NCBI GenBank assembly: GCA_017608525.1
Contig: JAFCFS010000001.1
Span: 1,934-65,933, forward strand
DNA length: 64,000 bases
Source of the DNA: Candidatus Woesearchaeota archaeon
Lineage (GTDB): Archaea > Nanobdellota > Nanobdellia > SCGC-AAA011-G17 > GW2011-AR17
Direction: 5' to 3'
The notes under the pieces were generated by a model, which was not told where the DNA came from, did no database searches, and saw only the letters and a program-made list of their open reading frames with translations. This document shows, piece by piece, positions 37,511-47,304 of the stretch; position 1 is the first letter of the stretch; each line of letters begins with the position of its first letter. The position numbers were made by a program, and so were the translations under genes.

Positions 37511-38656
37511 ATGAAAAAAGATACTAGAAATTTTCTCGAAGCAACTGCAACATTAATCGGCTGCATAATAGGGGCTGGAATTTTTGGCATACCATATGTT
37601 GTCGTAAGGTCTGGCTTCCTTACAAGTTTAATAGATTTCCTAATTGTTGGTATTGCTATATTAATGATTCATCTCTATATTGGAGAAATAACATTAAGAA
37701 CAAAAGGAAAACACCAATTGACAGGATTTGCAGAAAAATATTTGGGGAAAAATGGAAAGGCATTAATGCTTTTTGCAATGCTTTCGGGAAATTATGGGGC
37801 CCTAATCGCTTATATGATTGGTGAAGGAAAGGCCATAAAAGCAATTTTTGGTATACCTGAAATTTATGGAACATTGATCTTTTTTGCAGGAATGGCGATT
37901 TTAGTATGGTTTGGTTTAAAAGTTATTAGAAAATGGGAGCTATATTTAAGTGCACTAATGATATTTGTTGTTATGGTAATATGTTTTATTTGTTTGGGAA
38001 AGATAAATCTCCAAAATTTAATGGTGTTCAAACCTGGATTTGAGAGTCTTTTTGTTCCGTATGGTGTTTTGCTTTTTGCATGTGTTGGTACAGTAGCAAT
38101 ACCTGATCTTGAAGTTGAGGTTAGAGAAAATAAAAAACTATTAAAGAGAGCAATAATAGTTGGAACGATCATTCCGTTACTTATTTATTTGTTTTTTGGA
38201 TTTTGCGTTGTTGGGGTTACTGGTTCTTTAACAACAGAAGTTGCAACAGTCGGTTTAGGTAAAGCTATAGGCACTTATATGGTTTTGCTTGGAAATATAT
38301 TTGCAATTTTTGCCATGGCAACAAGTTTTCTGGTTTTAGCTTTGGGTCTTAAATGGGTATTCAGATATGACTACAAATTTGGAAATTTCAATTCTTGGGC
38401 CCTCACATGCTTTATTCCATTGATTGTTGTGCTGTCTAAAATTACAACATTTGTTAAAACAATATCAATAGCAGGTGCGGTAGCTGGCGGTCTTGAAGGA
38501 ATACTAATCGTTTTAATGCATAGAAGGGCTAAAAAATATGGTGATAAAAAATTTAGGGAATGGATCAAGCCAAGGATTTTAATAGATATGATACTAATAT
38601 TTATATTTATTGGAGGGATAATTTATACCATATTTGAAACAATGAAGGTGATATAA
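37511..38656 (+). CDS. amino-acid transporter (APC-superfamily-like, 11 TM)
   Basis: N-terminal TLIGCIIGAGIFGIPYVV, typical of amino-acid/aromatic permeases. 381 aa, polytopic. Confidence 0.55.
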   Translation: MKKDTRNFLEATATLIGCIIGAGIFGIPYVVVRSGFLTSLIDFLIVGIAILMIHLYIGEITLRTKGKHQLTGFAEKYLGKNGKALMLFAMLSGNYGALIAYMIGEGKAIKAIFGIPEIYGTLIFFAGMAILVWFGLKVIRKWELYLSALMIFVVMVICFICLGKINLQNLMVFKPGFESLFVPYGVLLFACVGTVAIPDLEVEVRENKKLLKRAIIVGTIIPLLIYLFFGFCVVGVTGSLTTEVATVGLGKAIGTYMVLLGNIFAIFAMATSFLVLALGLKWVFRYDYKFGNFNSWALTCFIPLIVVLSKITTFVKTISIAGAVAGGLEGILIVLMHRRAKKYGDKKFREWIKPRILIDMILIFIFIGGIIYTIFETMKVI

Positions 38657-38657
38657 A

Positions 38658-39731
38658 ATGGAAAGGTTAAAACAATATGCAAAAATTCTTGTTGGGTATT
38701 CAATTAAAGTTAGAAAGGGTGATGTAATTCAAATCAAAGCCGGCATAGAAGCTGAGCCGTTGATTTTAGAAATTTATGAAATGTTGCTAAAAAAAGGTGC
38801 CATACCAAAGTTGAATTTATACCTACCAGGACAAAAATATAAATATTTCAGGTATGCAAATATTGAACAACTAAAGCATTTCCCAAAAATAGACTACTAT
38901 GAAGAAAGGAATATTGATGGAAGCATTATTATAATAACAGAAAGTAACACAAGAGAGCTTACAAATATCCCACCTGAAAAAATTTCAATAAGATCAAAGG
39001 TTTTAAAACCACTTTTAGATGCTAGACTTAAAAAGAAAAATTGGGTTCTTTGCGCTTATCCAACAAATGCGCTTGCACAGGATGCGGAAATGAGTCTTGA
39101 AGAATTTAGAGATTTTGTTTATGATTCAGTTTGCCAAAATTGGTATGAAGAATCAAAAAGACAGGATAAACTGAAAAAGATTTTGGATAAAGGAAAAAGG
39201 GTAAGCATAATTGGTGAAGAAACAGAGCTTGAATTTGGAATAAAAGGAAGAAAAGCAATAAAATGCGATGGTCATTATAATATGCCAGATGGTGAAGTTT
39301 TCATAGCGCCTGAAGAAAAAACTGTCAATGGAAAAATATTTTATTCGTTTCCAGCCATCTACAATGGAAGAGAGGTTTCAGGAATAAGGTTGGAGTTTAA
39401 GAATGGGAAGGTTATAAAGGCAAAAGCTGAGAAAAATGAAGAATTTCTCAAAACAATAATTAACACAGATAATGGTTCAAAGTATCTTGGAGAATTTGGA
39501 ATTGGAACAAATTACAAAATTAAGAAATTTATTAAAAACATTCTATTCGATGAAAAAATAGGAGGAACGATTCATTTAGCACTTGGTAATGCGTATAAAG
39601 AAGGTGGCGGAAGGAACAGCTCATCTATTCACTGGGATATGATAAAGGATTTAAGACATGGAGGAGAAATTTACGTTGATGATATCTTAATACAAAAAAA
39701 TGGGAAGTTTAAAATTAAAGGGTTAAGTTAA
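38658..39731 (+). CDS. aminopeptidase (M29/AmpS-like thermophilic metalloaminopeptidase family)
   Basis: Length and the conserved C-terminal GEFGIGTN...GGTIHLALG...HWDM pattern characteristic of peptidase M29. Confidence 0.6.
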   Translation: MERLKQYAKILVGYSIKVRKGDVIQIKAGIEAEPLILEIYEMLLKKGAIPKLNLYLPGQKYKYFRYANIEQLKHFPKIDYYEERNIDGSIIIITESNTRELTNIPPEKISIRSKVLKPLLDARLKKKNWVLCAYPTNALAQDAEMSLEEFRDFVYDSVCQNWYEESKRQDKLKKILDKGKRVSIIGEETELEFGIKGRKAIKCDGHYNMPDGEVFIAPEEKTVNGKIFYSFPAIYNGREVSGIRLEFKNGKVIKAKAEKNEEFLKTIINTDNGSKYLGEFGIGTNYKIKKFIKNILFDEKIGGTIHLALGNAYKEGGGRNSSSIHWDMIKDLRHGGEIYVDDILIQKNGKFKIKGLS

Positions 39732-41035
39732 GCTTTACCAACGACCTTTATTTTTGGAACAAACAATTCTGGAACGTAAAATCCTCCAGTTCCGCAAAAG
39801 CAATGTTCAATACTTTTCCCAAGCTCAACGTCTTTTATCATATCAAAAAAATTTCCTACTATCATGACATTCTTCACTGGGAATTTTATTTCTCCTTTTT
39901 CAACATAATAGCCTTCTAAAACCCCCAATGAAAAATCTCCTGTTGCCGTATTGATTGTGTGGGTACCTATAAGCCCTCTCACATACAAACCCTTATCTAT
40001 TTCATCAAGTAATCTTTTTTTCCCTGGCTTTATTATAAAATTATTGCAGTCTATTATTGGTAATGTTTCAACCGTTCTATATGCATTAGAAGTGCTTTCC
40101 TTCCCCTCTTTGTTTGCTGTATAAGTATTATAGATGAAATTTTTGAGTACACCATTTTTAACGATTAGCGTTTTTTTAGAAGGTATCCCCTCACAATCGA
40201 AACTTCTTGTACAAAATAAACCTCTTGTCATCCCATCATCAATTATATTAAATTTTTTGTCGCATATCCTTTCATCAATTTTCCCAAAGTATACAGATTT
40301 TTTATGCTGTACATTTTCAGAATTTATTGCAAAAACAAAGCATTCATTAAAAAAATTCGCTACAGCTTCTGGATGAAGAAGCAATTGCATTTCACCACTA
40401 ACTACCGGATTTTTATTAAAGCAATTTATAAGCCTCTTACCCAAATCTAAGCCAATCTTTGGATTAATCGGTGCTAGCTCCCCTTTAGATACATCAAGTG
40501 CTTCTTTCCTTCCATTTCTTTCCAAAACAGCTTCAGAATCGAAGATATTTTTCAAATTTGTTTCCTCCAGATCAACACCTTCAGAATTGATAACTCTTAC
40601 ATTTTCTTCAATTTTATAGTAGGCTGAGGAACTGATTTTTATTTTTTTGTCAACCTCTTTAACATAAGAAATAAATTCGCGGTGGAATTTTAAAAAGTCC
40701 TTTGGGCCATATTCCAAAAGATTTTTATTTATCTTTACCAAATTTTTGCATTTTTCTTTCTTAGCAAAAGAAACGAAATCTTTGTCTTTTTTGTTTACCT
40801 TTGCAAGTTTTATCGCACTTTTAGCACATTCCATAATTTTTCTTTGATCACTGGTTGAAGCAAAGCCAAGTTTTCCATTAATATAAACTCTTATACCTAA
40901 TCCAAAAGAATTTGATTCGGAAATAAAATCTGTTTTTTCGTTAAACACCTCAATATTCAAAATCGATGCTTTAGTAGAATAAATTTCGAACATGTCTGAA
41001 TTTTTCTTTAAAAAATAAACTAATTTTTCAAACAT
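39728..41035 (-). CDS. pmbA: PmbA/TldE-family protein (TldD partner)
   Basis: U62-family fold without HExxxH, with a C-terminal Gly-rich segment (GTGGFYVPE). The start is set to the Met whose ATG overlaps the tldD stop (ATGA coupling). Confidence 0.7.
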   Translation of the reverse strand: MFEKLVYFLKKNSDMFEIYSTKASILNIEVFNEKTDFISESNSFGLGIRVYINGKLGFASTSDQRKIMECAKSAIKLAKVNKKDKDFVSFAKKEKCKNLVKINKNLLEYGPKDFLKFHREFISYVKEVDKKIKISSSAYYKIEENVRVINSEGVDLEETNLKNIFDSEAVLERNGRKEALDVSKGELAPINPKIGLDLGKRLINCFNKNPVVSGEMQLLLHPEAVANFFNECFVFAINSENVQHKKSVYFGKIDERICDKKFNIIDDGMTRGLFCTRSFDCEGIPSKKTLIVKNGVLKNFIYNTYTANKEGKESTSNAYRTVETLPIIDCNNFIIKPGKKRLLDEIDKGLYVRGLIGTHTINTATGDFSLGVLEGYYVEKGEIKFPVKNVMIVGNFFDMIKDVELGKSIEHCFCGTGGFYVPELFVPKIKVVGKA

Positions 41036-42378
41036 CACAGACCACCAACCTTCGCCTTTTCTATAAGTATATGAGGAGAACCACAAGATATAGGAACCCC
41101 CTGTGAAGATTTTCCACACGTACCTCCACTGAATTTTAGATCGTTACCAATCAATCTTATATTTTTTAATGTTTCTAATATGTTCCCCAACAATGAAACA
41201 CCTTTAACTATACCATTAAACTCCCCATTTTTTATGATATACCCTTCTTTAGCATTAAATAAAAAATCTCCACCTGCTGTATCAACTTGACCACCTGCCG
41301 ATCCTTTCAAATAATAGCCATTTTTGATTTCGCTAAGCATTTCCTCAAAATTTGAATCACCATTTTCAATATAAGTGTTTGTCATTCTTGGGATTATTTT
41401 GTTAGCCAAGGAATCGTTTCTTCCATTGCCAGAAGGCTCGGCACCAAAAACTTTAGACGTTTCCCTACTATGTAAAAAGTTTAAAAGTACACCTTTTTTA
41501 ACCAAATACGTTTTTTTAGCCAGAACTCCCTCCGAATCAAACGGTGTCCATCCCCATTCCCTCAAATTCCCGTCGTCAACAATGTTAACAATATCTGAAC
41601 CAATTTTTTCCCCCAATTTTTTCGAAAAGGATGATGAGTTGTTGAGCACGAGATCAGCTTCGCAAGCATGACCAACTGCTTCGTGTGTAAAAACACCACC
41701 CAATTTTTGGTCTAAAATAACATCAAAAATCCCTCCTTTAGCATGTTTTGCTCTTAATAATTCCTCAGCTTTTGACATAGCATATCTTGCCGTCTCTTCT
41801 GATTTTTTCATCAATTCGTAACCACACCTTCCCCTCTCAATTTCCATAAAATTTTCCAGTTTATTTCTTGTTTTAGCAAATGCCCATGCCACAAATACCG
41901 TATAAATGTCCCTTACAAATAACTCTGAACCTTCTGAATTTATGAATCTATGATTAACTGTGCCATCAAAATAACTGATTTTAAGGGTATTGACTTTACG
42001 ATAATCCTTTCTTAATTTATCAACGTATACTAAATCCTTAATTTTCCTTTCATAATCCACATCCTCTGGATTAATTTTAAATTTTGTATAAAATCTTTTT
42101 TTCACCGCTTTACAGGAGGCTATTTCGCTTCTTTTTTCCATAACCTTTGAATTTTTTATGGCTTTATCTATTAAATTTTTGATTTCTTCTTTATTTGAAA
42201 AAGCATTCCCGAATTTTGATTTGTATAACACCCTAACACCATACCCGACTTTAAATCTCGAAGAAAGTTCTCTTATTTTTCCATTGTATAGCTCTATTGT
42301 CGTTCCCCTACCTTCAACACTAGATATCTCTACATATTCTGCGCCTTTCTTTTCTGCATAGCGTATCCACTTCTTCAT
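41035..42378 (-). CDS. tldD: TldD-family metalloprotease (peptidase U62)
   Basis: HEAVGHACEADL (TldD HExxxH zinc motif) and a C-terminal GxGG-containing domain. Immediately upstream of pmbA. Confidence 0.8.
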   Translation of the reverse strand: MKKWIRYAEKKGAEYVEISSVEGRGTTIELYNGKIRELSSRFKVGYGVRVLYKSKFGNAFSNKEEIKNLIDKAIKNSKVMEKRSEIASCKAVKKRFYTKFKINPEDVDYERKIKDLVYVDKLRKDYRKVNTLKISYFDGTVNHRFINSEGSELFVRDIYTVFVAWAFAKTRNKLENFMEIERGRCGYELMKKSEETARYAMSKAEELLRAKHAKGGIFDVILDQKLGGVFTHEAVGHACEADLVLNNSSSFSKKLGEKIGSDIVNIVDDGNLREWGWTPFDSEGVLAKKTYLVKKGVLLNFLHSRETSKVFGAEPSGNGRNDSLANKIIPRMTNTYIENGDSNFEEMLSEIKNGYYLKGSAGGQVDTAGGDFLFNAKEGYIIKNGEFNGIVKGVSLLGNILETLKNIRLIGNDLKFSGGTCGKSSQGVPISCGSPHILIEKAKVGGL

Positions 42379-42379
42379 T

Positions 42380-43147
42380 CTACTTTTTAAATTCCAGAAT
42401 TGATTTTGCCAGCCTTTTTCCGCTTACACTTTCGGGAAGAACAACGATTTGTGCACCAACTTTGTGTAGTCTTCTTATTGCTTCTTCATTAACTGCTCTC
42501 GCCGCAAAAATTAAATCTTCTCTAATATCTTTTGCAGTCATTATTAAATATAGATTTTCTGCATCATCTGGTAGTGTTGCAACCAATGCTTTTGCTCTTT
42601 CTATACCTGCCTCTCTTAACAATCTTGGGTCTAGTGCATTACCTGTTACAACGAACTCTCCATTTTTTATTAGATCACTTACTTTAGCTTCATCCTTTTC
42701 AATAATTACATATGGTTGTTTCTCTTCCCTTAATGCTGCACAAACATACTTACCAAATTTTCCATAACCGCATACTATAACATGATTCTTTAACCTTTTC
42801 ATTTTTTTCAAACCCCCTTTAATTACAATAAAAATCGAAACTATTTCGCCTTCAATAACTGCTATTGCAAATTGCATTGCTATATACAGAGTTATACCCA
42901 TACCAGCTAAAATAATAAATACTCCTAAAGCCTTTCCTACAGATGTGGAAGGAAGAAACTCCCTTGGTGCACCCACTGTTGTTATGCTCAGAAAAACATA
43001 ATACAAAGAGGAATAGAAGCTCTTTTTTTCAATTGTACTAAATAAAGCTGAGCCTCCGAAAACAATTAAAAATAGAGCAAACAAGCCAACAAAAAGATTC
43101 TTTACTCTTTTTTCCAGTTTAATTTTCTTTTCGTATCTTCCAAACAT
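42380..43147 (-). CDS. 2-TM ion channel with cytoplasmic RCK (TrkA-N) domain, MthK-like, non-canonical filter
   Basis: M1, pore helix and M2 topology. The pore sequence SITTVGAP replaces canonical TTVGYG. RCK Rossmann VIVCGYGKFGKYV. Confidence 0.55.
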   Translation of the reverse strand: MFGRYEKKIKLEKRVKNLFVGLFALFLIVFGGSALFSTIEKKSFYSSLYYVFLSITTVGAPREFLPSTSVGKALGVFIILAGMGITLYIAMQFAIAVIEGEIVSIFIVIKGGLKKMKRLKNHVIVCGYGKFGKYVCAALREEKQPYVIIEKDEAKVSDLIKNGEFVVTGNALDPRLLREAGIERAKALVATLPDDAENLYLIMTAKDIREDLIFAARAVNEEAIRRLHKVGAQIVVLPESVSGKRLAKSILEFKK

Positions 43148-43239
43148 AAAATAATTCTTTAATTTAGAAATTTAAATAAGTTTTTCTTATTTACTCTTAT
43201 CAGTAAAAAATATAAATGTTAGATTTTTTCTAATGAAAG

Positions 43240-44475
43240 ATGGAAATTTTTTGCGATCTTCACATTCATTCAAGATTTAGTAGGGCGTGCAGTTCCAAAA
43301 TTTCTGTTAAAAATTTAGAAATCGGTGCCAGAGAAAAAGGCATTCATTTATTGGGAACTGGCGATTTTACGCATGAAAAATGGTTAAATGAGATTAAAAA
43401 TAGTACAGAAGAGGAAGATGGAATACTTAAAACAAAAAATGGCTTTAGTTTTTTGCTTACAGGTGAAGTTTCGAATATTTTCTTTCAGAATGGAAAACAA
43501 AGAAGGATACATAGCTTAATTATCGCACCAAGCATAGATGTTGTTGAACAAATAAGATATGAGTTATTGAAAAAAGGAAATCTAAATTATGATGGTAGGC
43601 CAACATTCGGTATGTCATGCATAGAACTTGCAGATATAATTTTTAGTGTAAGCGAAGATTGTATAATAATTCCTGCACATTGTATGACTCCTTGGTATGG
43701 AATATTTGGGAGCAAATCTGGATTCGATTCTGTTGAGGAATGTTATGAAGAATACACCAAAAAAATATTTGCTCTTGAAACAGGGTTGAGTGCAACACCT
43801 GATATGCTATGGAGAATATCTTCTTTGGACAAATTCAATCTTGTTTCATTTTCTGATGCACATTCTATTGGAAACATAGGCAGAGAATGCGTTATTCTGG
43901 ATCTTAAAAAATTGACTTATAAAAATATTGTTCAAGCGATAAAAGAAAACAAAATTAAAACGATAGAATTTTATGCTGAGGAAGGGAAATACCATTATGA
44001 TGGACATAGGTTTTGCAATGTCTGCCTTTCCCCTAAAGAAGCAATAAGATTAAACAACATTTGTCCAGTTTGTAAAAAACCGTTGACTATTGGTGTTGCC
44101 CATAGAGTTGAAGAGCTGGCAGATAGAGAAGAGGGTTTTGTTCCAAAAAACTGCATGGAATTCAAAAAATTGGTTCCACTAAAAAAATTAATAGCTGCAA
44201 TATTAAACATTGGCGAATATACAAAAAAAGTTAATGGAATTTATTCAGATTTAATAAAAAATTTTGGTTCTGAATTCGATGTTTTATTGAAAGTAGAAGA
44301 AAATGATTTATGCAAAGTTGCTGGAGAAAAAATAACAAAATGGATCATTAAAAATAGGGATGGAAAAATAAAAGTTAAGCCTGGTTATGATGGAGTATAT
44401 GGAAAGATTGTTATAGAGGATTCGGTGGATGAAGAAAAACAATCTTTCTTAAGTGGATTTATCCAAAATAATTGA
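43240..44475 (+). CDS. endonuclease Q (EndoQ)-like PHP-domain nuclease with C-terminal zinc finger
   Basis: CDLHIHSRFS PHP motif, LLGTGDFTHEKW, IIPAHCMTPWYGIFG, LETGLSATPDM, SFSDAHS, then CNVC...CPVCKK (Zn finger), matching the EndoQ architecture. Confidence 0.65.
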   Translation: MEIFCDLHIHSRFSRACSSKISVKNLEIGAREKGIHLLGTGDFTHEKWLNEIKNSTEEEDGILKTKNGFSFLLTGEVSNIFFQNGKQRRIHSLIIAPSIDVVEQIRYELLKKGNLNYDGRPTFGMSCIELADIIFSVSEDCIIIPAHCMTPWYGIFGSKSGFDSVEECYEEYTKKIFALETGLSATPDMLWRISSLDKFNLVSFSDAHSIGNIGRECVILDLKKLTYKNIVQAIKENKIKTIEFYAEEGKYHYDGHRFCNVCLSPKEAIRLNNICPVCKKPLTIGVAHRVEELADREEGFVPKNCMEFKKLVPLKKLIAAILNIGEYTKKVNGIYSDLIKNFGSEFDVLLKVEENDLCKVAGEKITKWIIKNRDGKIKVKPGYDGVYGKIVIEDSVDEEKQSFLSGFIQNN

Positions 44476-45214
44476 GTTTTCTCTTCTCCATAAAAGGCTT
44501 AAGCAATTCTTTACCTTTTTCGAATCTTATTTTAAGCTCCTTTTCAAGTTGGTTTATTTCTTCGTCAAATCTTTTAATGTCTATCTCCAAATTATAAGTT
44601 TTGTTTAGAACATTCATAATTTCTCTCGATGCAGATATCCCCAAATGTGCCAAGTGAGCATAAGTTTGGGCTAGCAAAGCAACAGCGGGAATCCCGTAAA
44701 AGCCAGCCATGCCAACCAAAACCCCTGTCACTCCAACTATGGGACCAACAACACCGTATATTTTTTTGTTACACCCTTTAAAATTGTTAATCAATTTTTT
44801 ATTGTTTCCTGTTATATAAACAATTGGTTTTTTTGGGATTTCACTTAATCCGATCCCTCCTATCGTTACAATTTCCTTTGTTTTCCACTTCTTTAAAATA
44901 TTCAGAAGATTAGCACAAAATTCGTAACAGCTTGGCTCATCTATTGGTTGAACATCACCTGCCATAAAAACAAAATCCTTATCTCCTATTTTTTTATGAA
45001 ATAATTCTATTTTTGGAAGCTGAACTAAATTATTTTCTCCAATAAATACATAATGAGGGAAGTATTTTGAAATAATATACCCGATTTTCTTCGGTGCTAA
45101 TGTATCTATTATAAAATCGACAGCAACCTTCCCCACATTTCCTATCCCTGGTAAGCCCTCTATAAAGATGGGATTTTTGATTTTTTTCTTGTAAAGACAT
45201 ATTTCAAAATCCAT
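44459..45214 (-). CDS. PAC2-family protein (proteasome assembly chaperone-like, archaeal PbaA/PbaB type)
   Basis: N-terminal IFIEGLPGIGNVGKVAVDFI signature of the PAC2/ATP-grasp-like family. 251 aa with a C-terminal helical tail. Confidence 0.55.
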   Translation of the reverse strand: MDFEICLYKKKIKNPIFIEGLPGIGNVGKVAVDFIIDTLAPKKIGYIISKYFPHYVFIGENNLVQLPKIELFHKKIGDKDFVFMAGDVQPIDEPSCYEFCANLLNILKKWKTKEIVTIGGIGLSEIPKKPIVYITGNNKKLINNFKGCNKKIYGVVGPIVGVTGVLVGMAGFYGIPAVALLAQTYAHLAHLGISASREIMNVLNKTYNLEIDIKRFDEEINQLEKELKIRFEKGKELLKPFMEKRKLNYFG

Positions 45215-45248
45215 TTTATTTAAGGAATTGGTATTATGTTTATAAAGA

Positions 45249-45416
45249 TTATGATATAATGCCTTTTTCTTTTTTGACTTTTATCCTGTATTTAGAGAAT
45301 CTGTCAAGTGGACTGAACCTTGCTGGTTTTGGAGTGACTGTTTTTTTTCCACATTTAGGGCATTTCTTCTTTAAGGTATATTCTTTACATTCAGAACAAT
45401 AAAATATTCTGTTCAT
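45249..45416 (-). CDS. nop10: H/ACA ribonucleoprotein subunit Nop10
   Basis: 55-aa MNRIFYCSECKEYTLKKKCPKCGKKTVTPKPARFSPLDRFSKYRIK, the canonical Nop10 zinc ribbon with PxRFSP. Not in the ORF track (too short). Its ATG overlaps the aIF2alpha stop (ATGA). Confidence 0.7.
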   Translation of the reverse strand: MNRIFYCSECKEYTLKKKCPKCGKKTVTPKPARFSPLDRFSKYRIKVKKEKGIIS

Positions 45417-46204
45417 TTCTCCTCTATTGAAATTTCTCCCCTGTTCTTTTGAAAGAATTCAATTATTGTATTTTTCGTTTCCTCCAAGACTTTTTCGACT
45501 TCTTTATAATTTTTAGCTTTCGCCATCAATTTATACCTTGGTGCTCCTAAGTAGGTTATTTCTATGTTATACTTTTTTCTTTTAGCAAATTCTTCACCCG
45601 CCTTTAATGCATTTTTAATTACCTCAATACCATTAGGTTCGTAGCATTTCATCATTATTACAACTGACTTTGTTACTTCTGGGGGCTTTATTCTTTCTCT
45701 TATGAACTCTACCAATGGCCCAATGATTTCTTTTTTCACTTTCAATTCTTTAAGAACATTTTCTCCCTTATTCAATATTTCTTGAAATGCAGCATGCAAA
45801 GAACCGTATCTTTCAATAAGTCTGTAGCCAACTTCTTCATAAATTTCTTTCAGGCTCTTTTTTAGTTTATTGCCAACCAATTCAAGTATTTTTTCAGCTT
45901 TTGTTTCTAGTTTATATTCTTCATTCTTAGCTTTTGCCGCTTGTAGTGAAACCCTTCTTAATGAAAGATCGAACTGATTCTTACCTGGATATATTTTAAG
46001 AACCTTACAAATTATTCTTTTTCCTTCCACAACATAATCTCTTATATTTCTTATTCTCCCCGGTGCAATTTCTGAAATGTGAATCATTCCCTCTAGATTT
46101 TCATACTCTTCCAAATCAACAAAAACAGAATGCGGTAATATTTTTTTAACAACGCATATTACTATTTCATTCTCCTCTGGTGTTCCTTTCTTTTTATAGA
46201 ACAT
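45413..46204 (-). CDS. eif2a: translation initiation factor 2 alpha subunit (aIF2-alpha)
   Basis: S1 domain with GMIHISEIAPGRIRNIRDYVVEGKRIICKVLKI, plus helical and alpha-beta C-domains. The start is taken at MFYKKKGTPEENEIVIC. Confidence 0.85.
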   Translation of the reverse strand: MFYKKKGTPEENEIVICVVKKILPHSVFVDLEEYENLEGMIHISEIAPGRIRNIRDYVVEGKRIICKVLKIYPGKNQFDLSLRRVSLQAAKAKNEEYKLETKAEKILELVGNKLKKSLKEIYEEVGYRLIERYGSLHAAFQEILNKGENVLKELKVKKEIIGPLVEFIRERIKPPEVTKSVVIMMKCYEPNGIEVIKNALKAGEEFAKRKKYNIEITYLGAPRYKLMAKAKNYKEVEKVLEETKNTIIEFFQKNRGEISIEEK

Positions 46205-46205
46205 T

Positions 46206-46391
46206 TTATTCAAGTATTTCAAGTATCCTTGCTTTTATTTTTGATTTTCCACCAGTGCTTTCAGCCAGTACTTTATTACAAACCAAGCATTTTACTGTTG
46301 TAGCGCACTTTCCAAAAATTATTTGTTCATTTTTGCATTTAGGGCACCTTACTTTTACAAATTTACTTTTTGGTTCTGTTATGTATTCCAT
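46206..46391 (-). CDS. rps27e: ribosomal protein S27e
   Basis: VRCPKCKNEQIIFGKCATTVKCLVCNKVLAESTGGK, the C4 zinc ribbon of eS27. Confidence 0.85.
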   Translation of the reverse strand: MEYITEPKSKFVKVRCPKCKNEQIIFGKCATTVKCLVCNKVLAESTGGKSKIKARILEILE

Positions 46392-46393
46392 TT

Positions 46394-46711
46394 TTATTTG
46401 ATTTCAATTCTTTTTGCCCTAAATCCTGAAGATTGGACCATAATTTTGCCACAAACGCTGCACTTAAACCTTAAATCTGTTTTTTTGCTGCTTTTCACTC
46501 CATATCTTTTCCAAGAAGAGACTGCTCCTTTCGAAGTTTTTCCTTTGTTTCCGGCACCTCTATCAAGGCCCCTTCTTCTCATTCTAAGCCTAGAACCCCA
46601 ACTCATTGGATGTGCTTTGTTCCTACCCATAGATTTTGCCTGCGATACTGTCATCTCTTGATATTTGCCGCAATATTTGCAATACTTCCTTATTTTCTTA
46701 GGCATTTTCAT
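46394..46711 (-). CDS. rpl44e: ribosomal protein L44e (eL42)
   Basis: MKMPKKIRKYCKYCGKYQEMTV...FKCSVCGK, the eL42 zinc-ribbon pattern. Highly basic. Confidence 0.8.
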   Translation of the reverse strand: MKMPKKIRKYCKYCGKYQEMTVSQAKSMGRNKAHPMSWGSRLRMRRRGLDRGAGNKGKTSKGAVSSWKRYGVKSSKKTDLRFKCSVCGKIMVQSSGFRAKRIEIK

Positions 46712-47294
46712 CTTTTATTGCAACTCCCCTATTAAGCAATATTTTTGCATAGTCAAGTGGAATTTCAGCAGTTTCTCCTTTTTTAAATGGCCCATATTTA
46801 TTTTTCTTATCATCAACAAATGAAACTGTGTCCTTTAAAAATTTTATTGTTAGCGTATTCTTTTCATTCTCTCTTTTTAATTCTTTCGGTTTAGATGAAA
46901 ATTCAGTTAAATTAAACAATATTTTTCTTCTAAACTTATTTAAAACTTCAATCAACTCGTTTAAGAATTCTTTTTCCTCTGGTAGAAGTCCCTCAACTTC
47001 TCTACCTTCATTAACTCTTGAACATAATAAAGCATGCTCGATTATTTTGTTCTCCCTTTTTTCGTATAATTCCTTCAGTAACCTTTTTGCATTTTCAAGT
47101 TGTTTTTTAATATTTTTAATTTCAGACACAAATATTCCCGATTTTTCCTGGTTTTCGAGAATCTCTCCCTTCTCCCTTAAATAATCTTTAATATCCTCAA
47201 AAAAGTTTTCACCTAAATTTTGTAAATTCTTTTCTCTTTTTTCCTTCATTAACAATTCGTATATTTTATCATAAGTTATTATTCTCTTTGCCAT
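46698..47294 (-). CDS. GINS subunit (Gins51/Gins15-like)
   Basis: N-terminal alpha-helical A-domain (ITYDKIYELLMKEKREKNLQNLGENFFEDIKDYLREK) and C-terminal small beta B-domain (VSFVDDKKNKYGPFKKGETAEIPLDYAKILLNRGVAIK), as in archaeal Gins51. Motif/architecture resemblance only. Confidence 0.5.
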   Translation of the reverse strand: MAKRIITYDKIYELLMKEKREKNLQNLGENFFEDIKDYLREKGEILENQEKSGIFVSEIKNIKKQLENAKRLLKELYEKRENKIIEHALLCSRVNEGREVEGLLPEEKEFLNELIEVLNKFRRKILFNLTEFSSKPKELKRENEKNTLTIKFLKDTVSFVDDKKNKYGPFKKGETAEIPLDYAKILLNRGVAIKDENA

Positions 47295-47304
47295 CTTAAT
47301 TATT

